Assembly (NCBI GenBank): GCA_964601625.1
Contig: CAZROC010000005.1
Coordinates: forward strand, 21,077-85,076
Origin: an uncultured Thermoplasmata archaeon
GTDB taxonomy: Archaea > Thermoplasmatota > Thermoplasmata > JAGHBH01
DNA length: 64,000 nucleotides
Direction: 5' to 3'
Made by a program: the position numbers and the translations under genes. Shown piece after piece: positions 18,949-27,974 of the stretch (the stretch's first letter is position 1; each line of letters begins with the position of its first letter). Under the pieces are notes generated by a model. The model was not told the DNA's origin and made no database searches. It saw only the letters and a program-made list of their open reading frames with translations.

Positions 18949-21942
18949 TCAGTCCCAGAAACGTCTGGTCCGGGCGTATTCCACCTCCGCCCTTAAAATA
19001 TCTTTCAACAGCTCGTCTTCGTTTCTGTAAAAGGCCAAAATTCTCGCCGCCCTGTCTGGCCCGACACCCCTGGCCCTCAGCACCATGGCCGCGGTTTTCC
19101 CATGGGTCACGTACAGGTCTGCCGCCGTCCTGGCACGCCTGTATTCTGCGAGTTGCTGTTTTGAGAGTTTTTCGTCTTTTTTCCCGCCCTTTTTCCCACC
19201 TTTTTTCATCGCCCGGACCACATCTACAACGTCTTTCGCTCTGGCGGGATGTACGGGGGCGAGGAGAGAGCTGCCACAGACGAGACATCTGCCATGGTCA
19301 GGGACATCCCGCACACGCATTGTCCTCGTGGACCCGCAGCTCATGCACACCAGGGACACCTTTTCTTCTTCAAGCCGTTTCTTGAGCGTTGCCAGAACCC
19401 CGGCTGTCGGTTCTCTGCTTATGACAACCTCGCTGGCTCTCTCAAAACCCGCCATGCCAATGGGGGAAAAGCCGCTGGCCACGACCACTTTTATTTCTCC
19501 AGAGAGAATTTTTTCAAGCACATTTTTCGTCCTGGACACATCAAGCTTTTCAAAGACGACCTTTTCCATCGCCGCCCTGAAAACAGGCGTGTCCGTGTAC
19601 TCTTCCATCACCCTGTCCATGTTCACCCGTGTGTAGTCAAAATCCCGCCGTAGAACCCCGAACTTTCTGGCCACGTGGATGAACTGCCATCTCATATAGC
19701 CGGTGTTTCTTAGAGACATCCTCAACAGGTCTTCAACGACGTCCGGTTTTATGCTCAGGAGAGTTTCGCGCACCTTTTCAGGTGTCAACGAGAAAGGCCC
19801 GTGGAACAACACCCTGTATGGGTCGCTTTTGACGTTTACACTCTGACCAAACCTCGCAGCCAGGAGGGGGCCAAGAAGTTTCGCCAGGGTCTCGTTAACC
19901 CGGCTGCCAAAACAGGCGTTGACTATAACATCACCGTTCTTTCCCTCCACCAGTACTGTTTCGTTGTCAGGGACAGGGAAACCCCCTTTTTTGTGTTCTA
20001 CCACGTGGTCTCTGAAAACTTCTATGGCGTGCTCGGAAACGATCCACCCCCCACTGCTCTGTTTGTCAGCAGGCGTCTCCGGGAGAGTGCCTTTTTTCCT
20101 GTACCATCCCACCTCCTGTGCTATCTCGTATGGGACTGGCAGGTCTTCTCCAACCCAGTGTGGAACCTCCCCTATGTCCCCCGCCTCTTCAACCAGCACC
20201 TCGTCTTCTCCGGTACCAACGACCTCCCATGTTTTTCCGGCGACGATTAAAAGCGCCCCCTCTTCCACGTATGAGGCGAAAAAATGCTCGTCCAGATGAC
20301 CTATCACTCTTCTGGTGGCGGCATCAACGAGTTTGAAAACCCTCTCGTCGGGTATCATGGATATGTTTTCATAGAAATACTTCAGCCCACGCCGCGACAC
20401 AGAATGCGGGACTATGTTGACAAGACTACCGCCCGTGTTGTTCTCCTGTCCCTCGCCAACCTCTATGCCCACCTCGTCCCATCTCCCATGTTCTTTCCAC
20501 TTTGGGCGTATGAGATAGTTGTTTTCAAGGAACTCCAGAACCTCCCTGTATTCCTTTTCCGTCAGGTCCCAGAAGGGATACGCTCTCTTTATTATGAAAA
20601 AGAACTCTAGGGGACTCTTTCCCTTCCCCTCGGCACCAAAATATGATATCAACTGGTTGGCCAGCACCTCCAGCGGTTTTTTTCTTATCCGCAGCTCTTC
20701 CACATCGCCGCCGACACTTTTTATCGCTATCGCCGTCGCCTCCGCAAGCTCGTCAGGGTGTGTGGCCAGCACTTTCCCCAGGGACACCCGGCCCACGCCA
20801 TGGCCAGAACGGCCCACCCGCTGTATCATCCTGGACTGGGAGCGAGGGGAATTGTAGTGTATGACCAGGTCTGCTGTGCCTACGTCTATTCCAAGCTCCA
20901 GCGAGCTGGTACAGATGAGACACTTCACCTCTCCCCTCTTGAACATCTCCTCCGCCTCTATCCTCATGTCCCGCGAGAGAGAGCCGTGGTGCACCCGGAT
21001 CATGTCCCCGTATCCCAGGAGGGCAAACCGCCCGCCCAGAGCTTCTGCCGTGTCCCGTGTGTTGACAAAAAAAAGCGTTGAACGGTGCTTTTTTATCAGT
21101 TCCACAGCTCTAAGGATCACGCTGGCCAGTTTTTCATCGCCCCTTATGATCTCAGCCGCTTTTTTCTCTCGCTCGCCGATGGGGGGACATTCTATGTCTA
21201 TCCTCATTTGCTTGGTCCCGAAGGTTTTGATCACTTTCACGTCTCTTTTTTTTCCTTCGCTGTTTTTGCCTCCGAGATAAGCCGCCACCCCCTCTATGTT
21301 CCCCACTGTGGCGGAGAGCCCTATCCGCTGGAATTCCCCCGCCAGTTCAACGAGCCGCTCGAGGGCAACGCTCATCTGCCCTCCTCTGTCGCTGGATGCG
21401 AGTTCGTGGATTTCATCCACCACGACCCATTTCACATTTGATATGTGTCTCCGGAGGTGCTTTCCGGTGAAAAGAACCTGCAACGTCTCAGGTGTTGTTA
21501 TGAGCATGTCAGGCGGTTTTTTCTTCTGTTTCTTTCTCTCAGAGGGGGTGGTGTCCCCATGTCTGACTGCTATGGTTATCCCGAGATATTCTCCAAGGGA
21601 CCTGAGGCGCTGTAAAAGGTCTCTGTTGAGGGCGCGCAGGGGTGTTATGTATATTATTGAAGTGGGGGGAGCCTTTTGCTCAAGTATTCTATGAAACAGG
21701 GGGAGTATCGCCGCCTCTGTCTTGCCGAGACCCGTTGGAGCTATCACGAGCACGTGTCTGCCGGATAGGATGTGCGGTATCGCTTCTGCCTGTGGTCCGG
21801 TGGCTTCTCTCCAACCTTTTTCACGCAGAAAAGAGGTTATGCGGGGGTGGAGGCCCAGGGCTGTGAAATCGTCTCGCCTTTCTTTTTTCCGTTCACCGTG
21901 ATTTCCACGGCCATTTTCTTTGTTCATCCTATGCCACCTCAC
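18949..21942 (-). CDS. lhr: Lhr-like large ATP-dependent helicase (Lhr-core)
   Basis: 997 aa. Has helicase motif I (VIAPTGLGKTE), DEIHE and SAT motifs, and a long Lhr-type C-terminal region. ATGA-coupled to the upstream MPE gene. Confidence 0.85.
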   Translation of the reverse strand: MRWHRMNKENGRGNHGERKKERRDDFTALGLHPRITSFLREKGWREATGPQAEAIPHILSGRHVLVIAPTGLGKTEAAILPLFHRILEQKAPPTSIIYITPLRALNRDLLQRLRSLGEYLGITIAVRHGDTTPSERKKQKKKPPDMLITTPETLQVLFTGKHLRRHISNVKWVVVDEIHELASSDRGGQMSVALERLVELAGEFQRIGLSATVGNIEGVAAYLGGKNSEGKKRDVKVIKTFGTKQMRIDIECPPIGEREKKAAEIIRGDEKLASVILRAVELIKKHRSTLFFVNTRDTAEALGGRFALLGYGDMIRVHHGSLSRDMRIEAEEMFKRGEVKCLICTSSLELGIDVGTADLVIHYNSPRSQSRMIQRVGRSGHGVGRVSLGKVLATHPDELAEATAIAIKSVGGDVEELRIRKKPLEVLANQLISYFGAEGKGKSPLEFFFIIKRAYPFWDLTEKEYREVLEFLENNYLIRPKWKEHGRWDEVGIEVGEGQENNTGGSLVNIVPHSVSRRGLKYFYENISMIPDERVFKLVDAATRRVIGHLDEHFFASYVEEGALLIVAGKTWEVVGTGEDEVLVEEAGDIGEVPHWVGEDLPVPYEIAQEVGWYRKKGTLPETPADKQSSGGWIVSEHAIEVFRDHVVEHKKGGFPVPDNETVLVEGKNGDVIVNACFGSRVNETLAKLLGPLLAARFGQSVNVKSDPYRVLFHGPFSLTPEKVRETLLSIKPDVVEDLLRMSLRNTGYMRWQFIHVARKFGVLRRDFDYTRVNMDRVMEEYTDTPVFRAAMEKVVFEKLDVSRTKNVLEKILSGEIKVVVASGFSPIGMAGFERASEVVISREPTAGVLATLKKRLEEEKVSLVCMSCGSTRTMRVRDVPDHGRCLVCGSSLLAPVHPARAKDVVDVVRAMKKGGKKGGKKDEKLSKQQLAEYRRARTAADLYVTHGKTAAMVLRARGVGPDRAARILAFYRNEDELLKDILRAEVEYARTRRFWD

Positions 21943-22709
21943 ACGATATCGGCGGCTTTTCCCAGATACACGCCGTTCAGCAGGTATATGTCCATTTTTT
22001 CCGGGACAACCAGCCTGTTTTTGAACAGGGGGCCAACGCCTTCACCCATGTTGACTGCGCACCCGGTGTGGAGGTCTGATATTGGGGGTACGATTATCAC
22101 TTCTCGCGGGTATGTCTCGTATCTCTCCGCCATTTTTTCAGACACAACCGCTCTCACCCAGCACGGGACTCTCCTCCGTGTTCCTATCTCTTCTCTGAAC
22201 TCAACGTGCGGGTGGACGTGTCCCATTATCAGGAGTTTTCTGGCTGCTATTGAAGGTGAGGGCCAGGCGTGGCCATGTACGAGGCCCACATTTTCTATGC
22301 TTATGCCCCTGACAGGGTGCAGGGCAACGTTTTCTGGCAGCATGTGGTATATCATGCCGTCGTGGTTTCCGGGGATTATTTCAACGGAGGACACTTTTTC
22401 TGTGAGACAGGCGAAGAAGTTTTTCACCCATTTCGCTTCTCTTTCACTGTCTGGTGCGATCCTGTGTTTCACATCCCCCAGAAAAATAAGACGGTCCGGC
22501 CTGTTTTTCTCTGCTGCGTTGAGAATCATGGAGCAGATCTTTTTCCATCGAGGAGGGATGTACACGCCCTTTTTCCGGTATTCCTCTTCAATTCCTATGT
22601 GCGGGTCAGATCCCACGAGAGCTTTTTCGCCGTTTTCTCCCTCTATCATCAGGAGTGGCGTCCCGTGGATCGGGTTTATGTCCATGTTAACGGAACCCGT
22701 TTTATGCAT
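21939..22709 (-). CDS. calcineurin-like metallophosphoesterase (MPE nuclease partner of Lhr)
   Basis: GDVKH...GNHDG...HGH motifs of metallophosphoesterases. Its stop overlaps the lhr start by 4 nt. Confidence 0.75.
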   Translation of the reverse strand: MHKTGSVNMDINPIHGTPLLMIEGENGEKALVGSDPHIGIEEEYRKKGVYIPPRWKKICSMILNAAEKNRPDRLIFLGDVKHRIAPDSEREAKWVKNFFACLTEKVSSVEIIPGNHDGMIYHMLPENVALHPVRGISIENVGLVHGHAWPSPSIAARKLLIMGHVHPHVEFREEIGTRRRVPCWVRAVVSEKMAERYETYPREVIIVPPISDLHTGCAVNMGEGVGPLFKNRLVVPEKMDIYLLNGVYLGKAADIV

Positions 22710-22768
22710 AGATAAAGATGACGGTCAAAAAATAGTGTTTATTGTTATCATGTATCACTCTTCCTTTG

Positions 22769-22806
22769 AAAAAAAAAAGTGCGTGGGGGGAAAATCCCCC
22801 ACGCAC
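22769..22806 (-). terminator. perfect 11-bp-stem hairpin followed (on minus strand) by U10 tract
   Basis: The plus strand reads A10 (22769-22778), then GTGCGTGGGGG-gaaaat-CCCCCACGCAC (22779-22806). On the minus strand this is a GC-rich hairpin plus T10, the classic terminator geometry. Confidence 0.4.
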
Positions 22807-23162
22807 TGGTGGTTTGGGGGGTCTTTGGAGGGGTTTAGGAGGGTTCAGCGTCACAGGTATGTGGGAGGGGCATTCCGGAGAACGTCCCTCCCTGTTGGGG
22901 TTGCTTTGGGGAAAGTGGTCAGCGCCATTCTCTGAAGGACCCATATTGATGTTAACATTTTGTTAACATTAACCCATATAAGCGGATGTAGTATTTATAC
23001 CTTTCGCCAGATTGTCTATTTTGTTCCATTCAACACCCCTTTTTTAGACCACATGGTTCAGCTGTTACCATCTAGACGTAGATGTGTAACTTATTCTTAT
23101 AATTTTCTTTGGACGAATGGGATTATCCCATGCTGCTTTCCGGAAATAAACCACAGCAACGT

Positions 23163-23172
23163 TTAAAAATAC
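23163..23172 (+). promoter_or_regulatory. TATA box (tttaaaaata) for Zn-ribbon/aEF-1beta operon
   Basis: AT-rich box about 30 bp upstream of the ATG at 23197. Confidence 0.35.
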
Positions 23173-23196
23173 CACGTGTATCTCTCCGCTGAGGTA

Positions 23197-23361
23197 ATGG
23201 AAATGGTGAACTGCATATCATGTGGAGCGCCGGTGACGGAAAAGGGAGGAACTGTGTTCCTGTGCCCTAACTGCGGAAAGGTAGAAATAGGCAGATGTGT
23301 CCACTGCCGGGACCAAGCAGTGCCATATGAGTGTCCGGAATGCGGTTTCAGGGGGCCGTGA
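23197..23361 (+). CDS. Zn-ribbon protein (translation-associated, COG2888-like)
   Basis: CISCGAPV...CPNCG...CVHC...CPECG gives four CxxC pairs. Its position just upstream of aEF-1beta is typical for archaea. Confidence 0.55.
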   Translation: MEMVNCISCGAPVTEKGGTVFLCPNCGKVEIGRCVHCRDQAVPYECPECGFRGP

Positions 23362-23362
23362 A

Positions 23363-23629
23363 ATGGGAGACGTTCTGGTCGTTTACAGGGTGATGCCGGA
23401 GTCGCCTGAGGTCCCGCTTGAGCGTCTCAGGGGAGACATAGAAAAAGTGCTGGGCCCTGTGGCAAAGCGAGTTTCCACAGAAGAAGAGCCTATAGGGTTT
23501 GGCCTGGTGGCTCTCAAAGTGAGCGTTGTTATGCCGGACCAGGGCGACGTGTCAGGACAGGTGGAAGAGTCTTTGCGCTCAATAGAGGGTGTGAGCAGCG
23601 CTGAGACGATAGAGGTTGGCCTCCTGTGA
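23363..23629 (+). CDS. ef1b: elongation factor 1-beta (aEF-1beta)
   Basis: 88 aa, MGDVLVVYRVMPESPEV...GFGLVALKVSVVMPD, the aEF1B fold signature. Confidence 0.8.
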   Translation: MGDVLVVYRVMPESPEVPLERLRGDIEKVLGPVAKRVSTEEEPIGFGLVALKVSVVMPDQGDVSGQVEESLRSIEGVSSAETIEVGLL

Positions 23630-23684
23630 CCTCAATGCTGACGGGGGCGCGGGCGGTTTTTCCGCCAATACCCCATGATGCGGT

Positions 23685-24086
23685 ATGAACACACGGGAAG
23701 TGAGAGAGGAGATTGAAGAACTGAACCGCATATTCGCCTCCATTTCCGAAGACGGAAACCCTGTGGTTGTGGAGGGGAAAAAGGACGCTGAGGCCCTCCG
23801 TGCGCTGGGGGTGGAGGTGGAGATACTGGTCTTCAACAGGGGCGAAAGTGTGACTGTTTTCTGTGAGAGAGTCGCTGCAGAGTACAGGCGGGTGGTGATT
23901 TTAACCGACTGGGACAGGACCGGGAGACATCTGGCACATCTGCTTGTGGATGGGTTCCGGTCTGTGGGAGTTGAGTGCAACATGGAGTACCGTGCCAGGA
24001 TAGCGGGCCTGTGTCGCAGGGAGACGAAGGACGTGGAAGGCTTGTACAGGCACTACAGGCGTCTCAAGATGGTTGTGTCTGAGTAG
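23685..24086 (+). CDS. small Toprim-domain protein
   Basis: VVVEGKKDAEALRALG...VVILTDWDRTGRHL is a Toprim E...DxD pattern. Confidence 0.55.
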   Translation: MNTREVREEIEELNRIFASISEDGNPVVVEGKKDAEALRALGVEVEILVFNRGESVTVFCERVAAEYRRVVILTDWDRTGRHLAHLLVDGFRSVGVECNMEYRARIAGLCRRETKDVEGLYRHYRRLKMVVSE

Positions 24087-24157
24087 CGGAAAGGGTTGAG
24101 AGAAGAGGTTTCGGCGGAACAGCAAGTGTTTTAACTGTTCATTCCCTCCACCCGTCA

Positions 24158-25021
24158 ATGATGAAAAATTCTGTTGATGAAAGAGAGGGCGGAGAAGAAG
24201 GCGGAAAGGAAGCGGGCGAAAAAGAGAGCACATTTAAGATGGATGAAGATTCAGAGGACAGGGAATCGGAGGCAGAGGCGGACAGAGGGGGAGTTTCCCG
24301 CCCTCCACGGGTCAAGGACGTTTTTTCTGTTGCTGCCAGGATTTACAGCAAGAACGCTCATATTTTCCTCCTGCTCTGGGCTATACCATCCGTTCTGTCT
24401 TTTATTCTTCTCACAACGTTCGTACTCAGTGCCGGGGAAATCTCAGATTCTGGTGGACAGGTTTCTTCCAGCGCGTACTTCTTTTTCTCCCTGACCCTGG
24501 TGGCATCTGCCACCATATACACTTTTTTCAGCGCTCCTATCATTGTCATGGTCTCGGACGAGCTTTCTGGCAGAGAGGTCTCGTTTGACAGAGCTTTTTC
24601 CGCTCTGGGAAGTCGCCCGCTGGTCATGCTGCTCGCATCCGCATTGCTGGCGTCCCTTGTGGTCCTTGGAGGCAGGTACCTCTGCTATCTCCCGGGCATA
24701 CTTTTCTGTTACTGGTGGCTTTTTGCAGTGATCATACTAGTGCTTGAAGAGAGGGGTATAAGGGAATCGTTTGCTATGAGCCGTTCTATTTCCATGCAGA
24801 AGGGCGGTTTTCCTCTGGCCATAGTATTTTTCACAGCTGTGTTTCTCGCCATGTTCCTCGTCCAGTTTTTTGTGCTGTTTTTCTTCAATTCGCCGTCAAG
24901 TGTTTTTTATGACATAGCGGTTTTCACTATTATGACGATATTCTTCTGGTTTTTTTTCCCGTTCTTTATAACGGCGATCGTGGTAGCGTACTTTGGGCCT
25001 GAAACAATGGACCAGGGATAG
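24158..25021 (+). CDS. hypothetical polytopic membrane protein with acidic N-terminus
   Basis: 287 aa with a D/E-rich N-terminus and six or more TM helices. No family recognised. Confidence 0.4.
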   Translation: MMKNSVDEREGGEEGGKEAGEKESTFKMDEDSEDRESEAEADRGGVSRPPRVKDVFSVAARIYSKNAHIFLLLWAIPSVLSFILLTTFVLSAGEISDSGGQVSSSAYFFFSLTLVASATIYTFFSAPIIVMVSDELSGREVSFDRAFSALGSRPLVMLLASALLASLVVLGGRYLCYLPGILFCYWWLFAVIILVLEERGIRESFAMSRSISMQKGGFPLAIVFFTAVFLAMFLVQFFVLFFFNSPSSVFYDIAVFTIMTIFFWFFFPFFITAIVVAYFGPETMDQG

Positions 25022-25166
25022 TAAGAGGTGTGGGAGATACGGGTGGAAATGTTGTAGGTGAAAAATGTGTGGAAAAACGGTTAAGTCCTTATATGAGAAA
25101 GTAGATTTGGGACGGTTGGGACTGAAAAAGAATCTGCGGGAGATGGATGGTTAGTGTTGCATATGG

Positions 25167-26270
25167 GTGAGTCTTATGACCGGCTCGGGAGAAGAACAGG
25201 GGAGCAGAGGCGGGAGCAGTGGTGATTTCCCTGAGTATGGGGGGGGTGTGAGCGGAGAGTTTTCTGTGGTAACAGATGTTGCCAGAAAAATAAGGGACAT
25301 GGAGATAAGGGGCGCTGGTAAGATAGGTCTCTCAGCCTCGGAGGCTCTGGTGGCGTTTTCAAAAAAATGGCTGGAAGCCCGTAGAGGTGAGTGTGGACCG
25401 GGCAGCGAGAACAAAGAGCGCTTCGTCAGTGACCTCGGCCGGGCTGTTGAGATTCTCGCATCTTCCAGGCCCACCGCTGTGTCGCTCAAAAACGCTCTGC
25501 TGTTCACAGTCTCAGGCGTTGAAGAAATGGGATCGGCGGAGGAAATGGCAGGGTTTATAGAATCCCGCCACAGATGGTTCAGGGGGGTTTTTGACACGGC
25601 GAGGAAGAAAATAGCAGAGTACGGTTCCTCTCTGATACCTGAAGACGCCACTGTGATGACTCACTGCAACAGCACCGCCGCTGTGAAGACAATAATAGAG
25701 GGATATAAAAAAGGCTGTGTGAAGAGAGTGTTTTTGACAGAGACCCGTCCCCGTTTCCAGGGGCGCATAACGGCCAGACAGCTCCGGGAGGCAGGTGTCC
25801 CCGCCACGATGGTAGTTGATAGTGGGATGAGATATTTTGTCAGAGACGCTGACATCGTCATAGTGGGCGCTGACACGGTGACCTCCACGGGGGTGCTGGT
25901 GAACAAGATAGGCACGGGGTTGCTGGCTCTGGCGGCGGAAGAGAGCCGCGTCCCGTTTTATTCCTGCGCCGAGTGTTTCAAGTTCTCTCCTTTCACCCTG
26001 GGAGGCGGGCGTGTGGTGATAGAAGAGAGGTCCCCCTCCGAGATATGGCCAGATGAAAAAAGCGGTGGGAAGGAGGGTCTCTCTCCACCCGAGGGACTGG
26101 AATTCCGCAACCCCGCTTTTGAGACAGTGGCCCCCGACCTGATAGACGGTTATATAACCGACATGGGAGTCCTGTCCCCGCACACAGCTCCGATGGTCAT
26201 CTTTGACAGGTTTTTCGGAAAAATCCTGGAAGATAACATCTGGTTTGAAAGGCTTAAAAAGATAGGATGA
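25167..26270 (+). CDS. e2b2: ribose-1,5-bisphosphate isomerase (eIF-2B alpha/beta/delta-like)
   Basis: GAGKIGLSASEALV...TETRPRFQG...VGADTV is the eIF2B-like/R15P isomerase family pattern. Adjacent to AMP phosphorylase. Confidence 0.75.
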   Translation: MSLMTGSGEEQGSRGGSSGDFPEYGGGVSGEFSVVTDVARKIRDMEIRGAGKIGLSASEALVAFSKKWLEARRGECGPGSENKERFVSDLGRAVEILASSRPTAVSLKNALLFTVSGVEEMGSAEEMAGFIESRHRWFRGVFDTARKKIAEYGSSLIPEDATVMTHCNSTAAVKTIIEGYKKGCVKRVFLTETRPRFQGRITARQLREAGVPATMVVDSGMRYFVRDADIVIVGADTVTSTGVLVNKIGTGLLALAAEESRVPFYSCAECFKFSPFTLGGGRVVIEERSPSEIWPDEKSGGKEGLSPPEGLEFRNPAFETVAPDLIDGYITDMGVLSPHTAPMVIFDRFFGKILEDNIWFERLKKIG

Positions 26271-26282
26271 GAATATTATAAA

Positions 26283-26328
26283 AGGAAAGGTGCGACAGGA
26301 AAAGTGCAACAGGAAAGGTGCGACAGGA
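26283..26328 (+). repeat. three tandem ~15-bp direct repeats (aaaGGTGCGACAGGA / aaaGTGCAACAGGA / aaGGTGCGACAGGA) immediately upstream of deoA
   Basis: Seen directly in the sequence. The last copy merges into the GGAGGTGA SD. Confidence 0.5.
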
Positions 26329-26338
26329 GGTGAATACT

Positions 26339-27871
26339 ATGGAAAACGGGTTCAACAGGTTGAAAGTGAAAATGCTGGACATCGTGTCAGAGAGATGTGT
26401 TGCCATTTTGAACGTAAAAGACGCCAGCGAGCTGGGCGTTCGCCAGCAGGATCGTGTCCGCATAATGGGAAAAAGAGGGGAGATCGTTGCACTGGTTGAG
26501 ACCACATCTTCCCTTGTGCCCCCCGGGGAGGTTGGCCTTGTTCAGAACGCCTACGAGAAGATGGAACTGGCGGACCCCGAGGAAGAGGTTGTTGTAGTAC
26601 CGGCCGAGAAACCCACGTCTGTTGATTATATCAAAAAGAAGCTTGATGGTCAGCCCCTGTCTTCTGAGGAGATATTTGCAATCGTGAATGACATTGTTAA
26701 GAGAAACCTGAGCGATATAGAGCTGACCGCCTATGTTTCCGGGGTTTACATAAACGGTATGAACATGGACGAGACAGTTGCGCTGACCAGGGCGATGGTT
26801 GAGACCGGCGAGACGATTTCTTTTGACCGGGGTCCGATATATGATTTTCACAGCATAGGTGGAGTTCCGGGTAACAAGATAACCCTTCTGGTTGTTCCGA
26901 TAGTGGCCGCGGCTGGTCTGATGATACCCAAGACATGCAGCAGAGCCATAAGCAGTGCCTGTGGCACGGCGGACATTTTTGAGGTTCTAGCCCCTGTCTC
27001 GCTCACCATACACCAGATAAAGCAGATAACGGAGACAGTGGGAGGCGTGATAGCATGGGGCGGTGCGGTCAACATGGCACCGGCCGATGACCTGATAATC
27101 CGCGTGGAATACCCGCTTGGCATAGACCCGCACGCGCAGCTCCTGGCCTCAGTTATGGCTAAGAAAAAGGCTGTTGGCTCCGAGCGTCTGGCCATAGACA
27201 TCCCCATGGGACCGGGGACCAAGGTCCCGGATTATGCCACCGCCAGGACTTTTGCGAGGGACTTCATCACGCTGGGAGAGCACCTGGGTATGAAGGTTGA
27301 ATGTGCAATAACCTACGGCGGCCAGCCTGTTGGACGGGCGATAGGTCCGGCTGCGGAGGCGCGGGAGGCCCTCGCGGCCCTTGAAGGCAAACCATCCCCA
27401 AACAGTCTAATTGAAAAAGCAGTGGGTATGGCGTCAATACTCCTGTCCATGGATGGGAGAAGCAACTCCAGGGGGCTGGCCATGGAGATTCTAAAATCTG
27501 GAAAGGCCCTGGCGAAGATGAAAGAGATCATAGAAGCGCAGGGCGGGAACCCTGATGTAACATCCGACGATGTGCCCATAGGAAAATACACCTATGAATA
27601 CACGGCGAAAAGAGATGGCTATGTAAAGGGTATAAGCAACAGAGCCATGGTGAAAATAACCAGAGCCGCCGGTGCTCCCAAGGACAAAGGAGCGGCTGTA
27701 ATCCTGCGGGTGAAAGAGGGAGATGCCATAGACCCCGGAGACGTGCTTTTCACCATCCACGCCGACAACAGGAAAAAACTGCAGGACGCTGTGGACATAG
27801 CCAGGAAAACAGACCCCATAAAAGTGGAGGGCATGATAATAGAAAAAGTGCCGGCCATACATGAGATGTGA
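26339..27871 (+). CDS. deoA: AMP phosphorylase (thymidine-phosphorylase-like, DeoA)
   Basis: N-terminal extension plus a TP-family core (HSIGGVPGNKITLLVVPIVAAAG...). The ATG at 26339 is preceded by GGAGGTGA. Confidence 0.85.
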   Translation: MENGFNRLKVKMLDIVSERCVAILNVKDASELGVRQQDRVRIMGKRGEIVALVETTSSLVPPGEVGLVQNAYEKMELADPEEEVVVVPAEKPTSVDYIKKKLDGQPLSSEEIFAIVNDIVKRNLSDIELTAYVSGVYINGMNMDETVALTRAMVETGETISFDRGPIYDFHSIGGVPGNKITLLVVPIVAAAGLMIPKTCSRAISSACGTADIFEVLAPVSLTIHQIKQITETVGGVIAWGGAVNMAPADDLIIRVEYPLGIDPHAQLLASVMAKKKAVGSERLAIDIPMGPGTKVPDYATARTFARDFITLGEHLGMKVECAITYGGQPVGRAIGPAAEAREALAALEGKPSPNSLIEKAVGMASILLSMDGRSNSRGLAMEILKSGKALAKMKEIIEAQGGNPDVTSDDVPIGKYTYEYTAKRDGYVKGISNRAMVKITRAAGAPKDKGAAVILRVKEGDAIDPGDVLFTIHADNRKKLQDAVDIARKTDPIKVEGMIIEKVPAIHEM

Positions 27872-27974
27872 TGTGTATTTGGTCAGTGAATATTTTATAT
27901 CCTTTACCTAAACCTCTTTCCGAACATCAGAAAATCTTAGAAAATGTTAATATCGTAAGCATCATAACGGTGGG

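Noticed and set aside
19085-22935. Numerous plus-strand ORFs (up to 387 aa) across lhr/MPE
   Set aside because: Antisense to helicase and phosphoesterase genes that have full motif sets. Translations are low-complexity.
22702-22944. 80-aa minus-strand ORF (Pro-rich) spanning the hairpin/T-tract
   Set aside because: Low-complexity PPKP repeats, no RBS, and it spans a terminator-like hairpin. More likely non-coding.
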